Source of the DNA: Candidatus Latescibacterota bacterium
GTDB taxonomy: Bacteria; Latescibacterota; UBA2968; UBA8231
DNA: 64,000 bases
Reading direction: 5' to 3'
Assembly: GCA_965215195.1 (NCBI GenBank)
Contig: CBDCDC010000002.1
Coordinates: 3,744,001-3,808,000 of the forward strand
Position numbers and translations under genes: made by a program. Positions 59,072 to 64,000 of this stretch are shown here, piece by piece. The stretch's first letter is position 1, and each line of letters starts with the position of its first letter. The notes beneath the pieces are model-generated. The model was given only the letters and a program-made list of their open reading frames with translations. It searched no databases and had not been told where the DNA came from.

Positions 59072-59677
59072 TCACTCCGGGACGACCAGCGGCGAGGCTT
59101 GGCCCCACTGGCCGGCAAAGACAAAGTTGGCCAAAGGTTTGCGAGTGCGGGGCAGGGCTTCGTACTCGCGGTAGCGCTCGGGCAGATCGGCCGGGTCGCC
59201 GGGGTAGCCCAAGGCAATGGCCGTGGCTGGTTCAAAGTGCTCGGGGATGGCAAAAACCCGTTGCGCTTTGGCCACGTCAAAGCCGGCCATCTGGTGCATG
59301 TACAAACCCTCGTCGAAAGCTTGGAGAGCCATTTGCGCCACGGCTTGGCCCACATCGTAAAAAGCGTGGCGATTGGGCTCGCTGTCTTCGTCGAGCAGTT
59401 GGGCTACCGATAGCATGAGCACCGGGGCTTTTGCGGCCCAACTGGCATTGCCGCGTGCGAGGCAGCCCAAAAGCTGGTCGAACAGTTCGGCCTCGGCTTT
59501 GGGAGCGACTATGAAATGCCAGGGCTGTTCGTTAAAAGAGGACGGGGCCCAGCGGGCCGCTTCAAACAGGCTGATAAATTTGGCCGGCTCCACCGGACGG
59601 TCGGCAAAGGCGCGGGGACTCCAGCGCTGGCTCAACAGAGCGTGGATGGGACGGGCGGTGTGGGCGATTTTGTTCAT
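59072..59677 (-). CDS. Nitroreductase family protein
   Basis: RWSPRAF, EAARWAPSSFNEQPW, HQMAGFD, ALGY, RTRKP. Confidence 0.92.
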   Translation of the reverse strand: MNKIAHTARPIHALLSQRWSPRAFADRPVEPAKFISLFEAARWAPSSFNEQPWHFIVAPKAEAELFDQLLGCLARGNASWAAKAPVLMLSVAQLLDEDSEPNRHAFYDVGQAVAQMALQAFDEGLYMHQMAGFDVAKAQRVFAIPEHFEPATAIALGYPGDPADLPERYREYEALPRTRKPLANFVFAGQWGQASPLVVPE

Positions 59678-59711
59678 TGGAATCTCTTGGACAAGTGGGG
59701 GTCTCAGCCGC

Positions 59712-60626
59712 TCAGACCCAGCGATAGGTGCGAGCGCCGCGGCTGGAGACGCGGGCGAATTTCCAAGCCGTCAGCCACTCTTGGCGGTCGCGCACTACGA
59801 GTTCGGGACTCTCTTGGCTGCGGACGAAAAGGCCCGGCAGGTGGGGCCGGCCATTGGGCTTGCGGGCGTCGTTCCAGCGCAGGTCCATGCTCCAGCGGAT
59901 CGCGTCCGAGCGGTTGGGCTGGCTGCCGTGCGGGGTGCGGCAGTGAATGGCGATCAGGCCGCCGCGCTGGACCGGGATGGTGATTGGGTCCCAAGGCGGC
60001 AGTTCTTCGGGAGCGACGGTGAAGCTGCCGCCTTGGTCGGCGGGGGGGCGCACGTGGCGGCGCAGCGGCTCGGTGTGGCAGCGAGGGTAGATCATCAGGG
60101 TGCCGTTTTCTTCATCGGCATCAACTAGGGGGATCCAAGTGGTGACGACGAGTGTGTCGTCGGCCTCGGGCAGGAGCACGCCGAGGTCTTGATGCCAAGC
60201 GGTGGAGCGCGCCCATTCGCTTTGCGAGAAGTTGCCGGCGTACTCGTGGCTGGCCGGGACTTTGGCGCGGATGTGCTGGCAAGGGTTGGCGTAGATTTCC
60301 GGGCCGATGAGCGATTCGAGCAGATTGAGCAGCCGTGGGTTGTGCAAAAAGGCGAAGATGTTGGGTCCCAGATTGGCGGGGAAGTTGAGGCCGGCCGCGG
60401 CGCTGGCGTCGGCTTTGGCGAGGGGGATCAGGCGTTTTGCAAAAGGCAGCTCGGCGTAGTCGCGGTCTATTTTGCCGGCTGCTAGCAGGCGTTGGGCCGC
60501 CTGATCGACGATTGCTTCCAATTCCTCTTGCACCGGATCCAAGTCTGCGGGGGTCAAGGCGTCGGGCACGTGGACGTAGCCCTCGGCGTGGAAGAATGCG
60601 AGTTGGTCCGAGCTGAGGCCGGTCAT
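59712..60626 (-). CDS. Phytanoyl-CoA dioxygenase (PhyH) family protein
   Basis: Start MTGLSSDQLAFFHAEGY; WHQD, WIPLVDA..ENG, H..TPHGS.PN.S..IRWSMDLR. Confidence 0.88.
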   Translation of the reverse strand: MTGLSSDQLAFFHAEGYVHVPDALTPADLDPVQEELEAIVDQAAQRLLAAGKIDRDYAELPFAKRLIPLAKADASAAAGLNFPANLGPNIFAFLHNPRLLNLLESLIGPEIYANPCQHIRAKVPASHEYAGNFSQSEWARSTAWHQDLGVLLPEADDTLVVTTWIPLVDADEENGTLMIYPRCHTEPLRRHVRPPADQGGSFTVAPEELPPWDPITIPVQRGGLIAIHCRTPHGSQPNRSDAIRWSMDLRWNDARKPNGRPHLPGLFVRSQESPELVVRDRQEWLTAWKFARVSSRGARTYRWV

Positions 60627-60634
60627 TTTCAAAA

Positions 60635-60655
60635 GTTTGATCTCCGGTAAGTACT
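60635..60655. repeat. 21-bp direct repeat, copy 1 (GTTTGATCTCCGGTAAGTACT)
   Basis: Identical to 61835-61855. Confidence 0.9.
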
Positions 60656-60906
60656 CTTTACTACGCGACACCTGGCCCGCACGAGGGTAGGCCCTACTGT
60701 CGTGTCCGCCCTCGACGTTGAACAGGTGGATGCCGCTTCCCAGATCGGAGACGATGGCGGCATCGTCGCCCCCTCTACGGTGCAGTGTGCGATTTGTCGG
60801 CTCAGATGCCAAAGCCGCAGCTATCCACGCGGGCGTCGGGGGCGGAGCGGTCGATCCAGATGCCGCTGCCGGTGCCGCGCAACGCCTCGAGCCGAGTCCC
60901 GGGTGA

Positions 60907-61833
60907 TTAGAAGGTGCCGATGACCGAGACCCGATGGACGTGGCCTAAATCGGGAGAGGACGAGTACGCGTAATCGACCGCGTAGCGGTTCATGGTCAGG
61001 CCGGCCCCGGCACTCAGGCCCAGCGGATCCTCGTCTTGGGCACCGGTCTGTTGGGTGGTGTACCCGGGGCGGATGTAGAGGCCGCCGGCGAGCTGGACCT
61101 CGAGGCCGAAGGATAGGTACGAGTCGTTGTCGTTGGGCAAGTTGAAATCGGCCACCAAGAGCATGGGCACGGGCATGTGCGCGAGGCGATGGGCCATCCC
61201 CAGCCGGATGTGTACCGGCAGCGAATCCTTGAAGCCAGCCGTGTAGCCCGAGCGCACAAAACCGAGGTTGGCGATAGCTGCGCCGAGGGTCGTGCCCTCA
61301 ATCGGGGCGCGGACGAGGAGGCCGAGGTCGGCGAGATAAGCGTCCGCAGAAAATTCGGCGATAGTTGAATAGACGGCTTTTAGATTGGCGCCGATGGCCA
61401 GCCAGTCCGGCCCGAGCGGTTGGGCCACGGACAGATACGCGGCGAGGTCGGTCGCTGAGAAGGTCCCCAAATCGCGCCCTTCTGCGTCGGTGTGCCGCAA
61501 GTCGCCGTAGGATACGTAGTGGACGCTCAGGGCGCGTACGCGAGACCCCTTGGGGGCGGCGATGGAGGCGAAGCCGGCTTGGGAATCGACGAAATAGCTG
61601 TTGTAGGCGAGCGCGGCCGTGCGCTCGCTCAAGCCGAAAAGCCCGGCCGGATTCCAAGCCGAGGCTTCGATGTTGCCGGACACGGCCGCATAGGCCCCGC
61701 CGAGCGCGGCAGCGCGGGTGCCGACGCCGATCTTGAGAAAGTTGAAACCCGTGGTGCCGGCGTTGGGGTTGATCGCCGCCGCGGACGTCAGGGTCACAAG
61801 TAGGATGCAGGCTGGGAGGGCGCAGTATCTCAT
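60907..61833 (-). CDS. PorV/PorQ (UPF0164) family outer-membrane beta-barrel
   Basis: Signal; FLKIGVGTRAAALGGAY...WNPAGL; DYAY...DLG.VHRVS..F terminus. Confidence 0.85.
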   Translation of the reverse strand: MRYCALPACILLVTLTSAAAINPNAGTTGFNFLKIGVGTRAAALGGAYAAVSGNIEASAWNPAGLFGLSERTAALAYNSYFVDSQAGFASIAAPKGSRVRALSVHYVSYGDLRHTDAEGRDLGTFSATDLAAYLSVAQPLGPDWLAIGANLKAVYSTIAEFSADAYLADLGLLVRAPIEGTTLGAAIANLGFVRSGYTAGFKDSLPVHIRLGMAHRLAHMPVPMLLVADFNLPNDNDSYLSFGLEVQLAGGLYIRPGYTTQQTGAQDEDPLGLSAGAGLTMNRYAVDYAYSSSPDLGHVHRVSVIGTF

Positions 61834-61834
61834 G

Positions 61835-61855
61835 GTTTGATCTCCGGTAAGTACT
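61835..61855. repeat. 21-bp direct repeat, copy 2
   Basis: Identical to 60635-60655; contains the GGAG RBS on minus strand. Confidence 0.9.
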
Positions 61856-61858
61856 GTC

Positions 61859-63304
61859 TCAGGCGGCGGCCCGCTCTAGGGCGTGGGCTGCGCCCAGTAG
61901 GCGGGCCTCTTCGAGGGGCGGGGCCAACAATTGCACGCCAATGGGCAAGTCGCTGCGGCTGTGGGCAAAGGGCACGGATATGGCCGGAATCCCGGCGAGG
62001 TTGACCGAGGCCGTGTAGATGTCGTTGAGGTACATCTGCAAGGGGTCGTCGAGCTGTTCGCCGAGGCGGAAGGCAGGGGTCGGGGCCACGGGCGAGATCA
62101 GCACGTCGCAGGCGGCAAAAGCGCGGGCAAAGTCTTGGCGGATCAAGGTGCGAACCTGCTGGGCTTTGCGGTAGTACGCGTCGTAGTAGCCGGCACTTAG
62201 GGCGTAAGCACCGAGCATGATGCGGCGCTTTACCTCGTTGCCAAAGCCCTCGCTGCGCGTCTGCAAATACATCTCCTGCAGGTCGGTGCTGCCTTTGGCG
62301 CGATAGCCGTATTTGACGCCATCGTAGCGCGCGAGATTGGCCGAGGCCTCGGCCATGGCGATGATGTAATAGGTACTGATGCAGTATTCGGGGTGGCCGG
62401 CCACGGGTAGCTGGACATCCACGCGCTCGGCCCCGGCATCCACGAGGGCGTTGGCTGCATCTTGAGCCGCAGCGGCCACCTCCGAGTCGAGCGCGGCGGG
62501 AAAGTGCTCGTGCGCCAAGCCCACTTTCAGGCCGCGGGCGTCCCCTCCAAGCGCGGCCCGATAGTCGGGCACGGGTGCAGTGCTGGAAGTTGAGTCGCGG
62601 GGGTCGTGCCCGGCGATGGCTTGGAGCAGAAAGGCGGCGTCTTCGACGTCTTTGGTCACCGGGCCGATTTGGTCGAGCGAAGAGGCGTAGGCTATGAGTC
62701 CGTAGCGCGAGACGCGGCCGTAGGTGGGCTTGAGGCCAACGACTCCACAGTAACTGGCCGGCTGGCGCACCGAGCCGCCGGTGTCTGAGCCGAGGGCGAG
62801 GATGGTCTCGTCGGCAGCGACGGCCGCGGCCGATCCCCCGCTGGAGCCACCCGGCACCCGCTCGGGGTGGCAGGGGTTTGAGGTGGGGCCGAAATAGGAG
62901 TTTTCGCAGGACGAGCCCATGGCGAACTCGTCCATGTTGGTCTTGCCGATGAAGACGGCGTCGGCGGCGCGCAGCCGCTCAACGGCCGTGGCGTCGTAGG
63001 GGGCGATGAAGTGTTCGAGAATTTTCGATCCACAGGTGGTGCGCCCGCCGCGCACGCAGAGGACGTCCTTGAGGGCCAAGGGAATACCCGCCAAAGGCCC
63101 CAAAGCCGCACCAGCCGTGCGCCGCTGATCAATGTCGTCGGCGTGCGCTAGGGCACCCGCTGGATCTACGCTGATGAAGGCGTTGATCTGGCCGTCGATT
63201 GCGCCGATGCGGTTGAGCGCGGCCTCGACTAGCTGGCGGGCGGTGATTTCCCCTCGTTGCAGTTGAGCGCCGAGTTCGTGGGCAGTGGCTTGGTTGAGCG
63301 CCAT
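61859..63304 (-). CDS. gatA: Asp-tRNA(Asn)/Glu-tRNA(Gln) amidotransferase subunit A
   Basis: [58 protein letters not shown]. Confidence 0.97.
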   Translation of the reverse strand: MALNQATAHELGAQLQRGEITARQLVEAALNRIGAIDGQINAFISVDPAGALAHADDIDQRRTAGAALGPLAGIPLALKDVLCVRGGRTTCGSKILEHFIAPYDATAVERLRAADAVFIGKTNMDEFAMGSSCENSYFGPTSNPCHPERVPGGSSGGSAAAVAADETILALGSDTGGSVRQPASYCGVVGLKPTYGRVSRYGLIAYASSLDQIGPVTKDVEDAAFLLQAIAGHDPRDSTSSTAPVPDYRAALGGDARGLKVGLAHEHFPAALDSEVAAAAQDAANALVDAGAERVDVQLPVAGHPEYCISTYYIIAMAEASANLARYDGVKYGYRAKGSTDLQEMYLQTRSEGFGNEVKRRIMLGAYALSAGYYDAYYRKAQQVRTLIRQDFARAFAACDVLISPVAPTPAFRLGEQLDDPLQMYLNDIYTASVNLAGIPAISVPFAHSRSDLPIGVQLLAPPLEEARLLGAAHALERAAA

Positions 63305-63307
63305 GAG

Positions 63308-63544
63308 TCAGGAGGCGGCTTGGTCCTTGTCTTTAGACTGAGGCTCGGTTTGAGCCGGGGGGGCTGTAGGCTGAGTAGGTTGCTGCGGGGCCTCGATTTC
63401 GTCCTGCACGTCGCGCATGGCGGTGCGGAACTCGCGGATGCCCTTGCCCAAGCCCTGCGCCATCTCGGGGATGCGCTTGGCGCCGAAGATGAGCAGAATG
63501 ACGACGAAGATGATGAGTATTTCCCAGTGGCCCATACCGAACAT
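63308..63544 (-). CDS. tatA: Twin-arginine translocase TatA/TatE subunit
   Basis: MFGMGHWEILII...LIFGAKRIPE...GLGKGIREF. Confidence 0.95.
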   Translation of the reverse strand: MFGMGHWEILIIFVVILLIFGAKRIPEMAQGLGKGIREFRTAMRDVQDEIEAPQQPTQPTAPPAQTEPQSKDKDQAAS

Positions 63545-63568
63545 GGCTCTATCTCCCGAAAGATGTGT

Positions 63569-63850
63569 TCAATAGCTGTGGCGGAAGTAGTACCAGCCGA
63601 CGAAGAGTCCCAACATAGTGATGAGGTTGAACTTTAGCGACAGCTCAAACGAAAAAGACAGGATGATGAGGTTGAACATGTGCGGCCCGATGGAATACTC
63701 CACGTAGCGCAAGAGAGCGAGTTCGACAATGGTATCGGGGCCGACTAGGCCGATGAGGATGAACCGCAGCATTTCGCCGACGAGATTGGCGCCGATCATC
63801 GTGGTGAAGAGGATGAGGATGAGGTGGCTGAGGGGCTTGTCGCGCAGCAT
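63569..63850 (-). CDS. Small membrane protein (DUF4321-like)
   Basis: 93 aa; G..VGE, NL.IL.FSF...LKFNL..LG pattern. Confidence 0.6.
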   Translation of the reverse strand: MLRDKPLSHLILILFTTMIGANLVGEMLRFILIGLVGPDTIVELALLRYVEYSIGPHMFNLIILSFSFELSLKFNLITMLGLFVGWYYFRHSY

Positions 63851-63856
63851 GGGGAC

Positions 63857-64000
63857 TCAGGCGTGTTGCGTGACGTCGCCGTGCAAAAGCCGGAGGCCCC
63901 AACGAAAGGGCCCGGAGAAGACGTACACGAGGATCATGGGAAAGAAAAAGATGCCGTCGTAGATGATCAGCCCGATCGTGGCGATGAAGTAAAGCTGTTT
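63857..64000 (-). CDS. 3' end of a membrane protein, probably phosphatidylserine synthase PssA
   Basis: Manual translation KQLYFIATIGLIIYDGIFFFPMILVYVFSGPFRWGLRLLHGDVTQHA*; Y..SGP resembles the PssA C-terminus. Confidence 0.45.
   Translation of the reverse strand, partial: KQLYFIATIGLIIYDGIFFFPMILVYVFSGPFRWGLRLLHGDVTQHA

Noticed and set aside
60627-60812. N-terminal extension of the PhyH ORF
   Set aside because: Family homology starts at ATG 60626, which has its own RBS; the upstream part is probably decayed sequence

Overview
GC-rich bacterial DNA, almost entirely coded on the minus strand. The gene content (FlgD-Ig/T9SS-like C-terminal domains, DUF6785-type transporter, DUF4159, CRTAC1/ASPIC-UnbV, PorV-like barrel, ankyrin/TPR proteins, PhyH dioxygenase) suggests an FCB-group organism such as Candidatus Latescibacterota; this is inference. 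(1) ~3.3-37.1 kb is a visibly less GC-rich block encoding an uncharacterised envelope locus. It holds two secreted FlgD-CTD proteins, three tandem ~900-1050 aa paralogous putative outer-membrane proteins with Asp-rich loops, FN3/lipoproteins, DUF4159, a Na+/solute symporter, a transglutaminase-like protein, DUF4340, two TPR proteins, a CsgG-like protein, CRTAC1, a DUF6785 transporter and a GH-like enzyme. (2) ~38.5-50 kb is an array of alternating A/B-type secreted proteins with a shared 'TPNGDG..AY' C-terminal domain, between a sugar-acid dehydratase and an aldolase, with several gene remnants. (3) 53.5-58.9 kb is a nine-lamin-tail-domain surface protein split at an in-phase A_AAA_AAG -1 slippery site. 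(4) Housekeeping or stress genes include arsC, alkB-like, dusB, sodN, a nitroreductase, gatA, tatA and probable pssA. No rRNA, tRNA, CRISPR array or transposase was recognised. All family assignments are by motif recognition, not database search.
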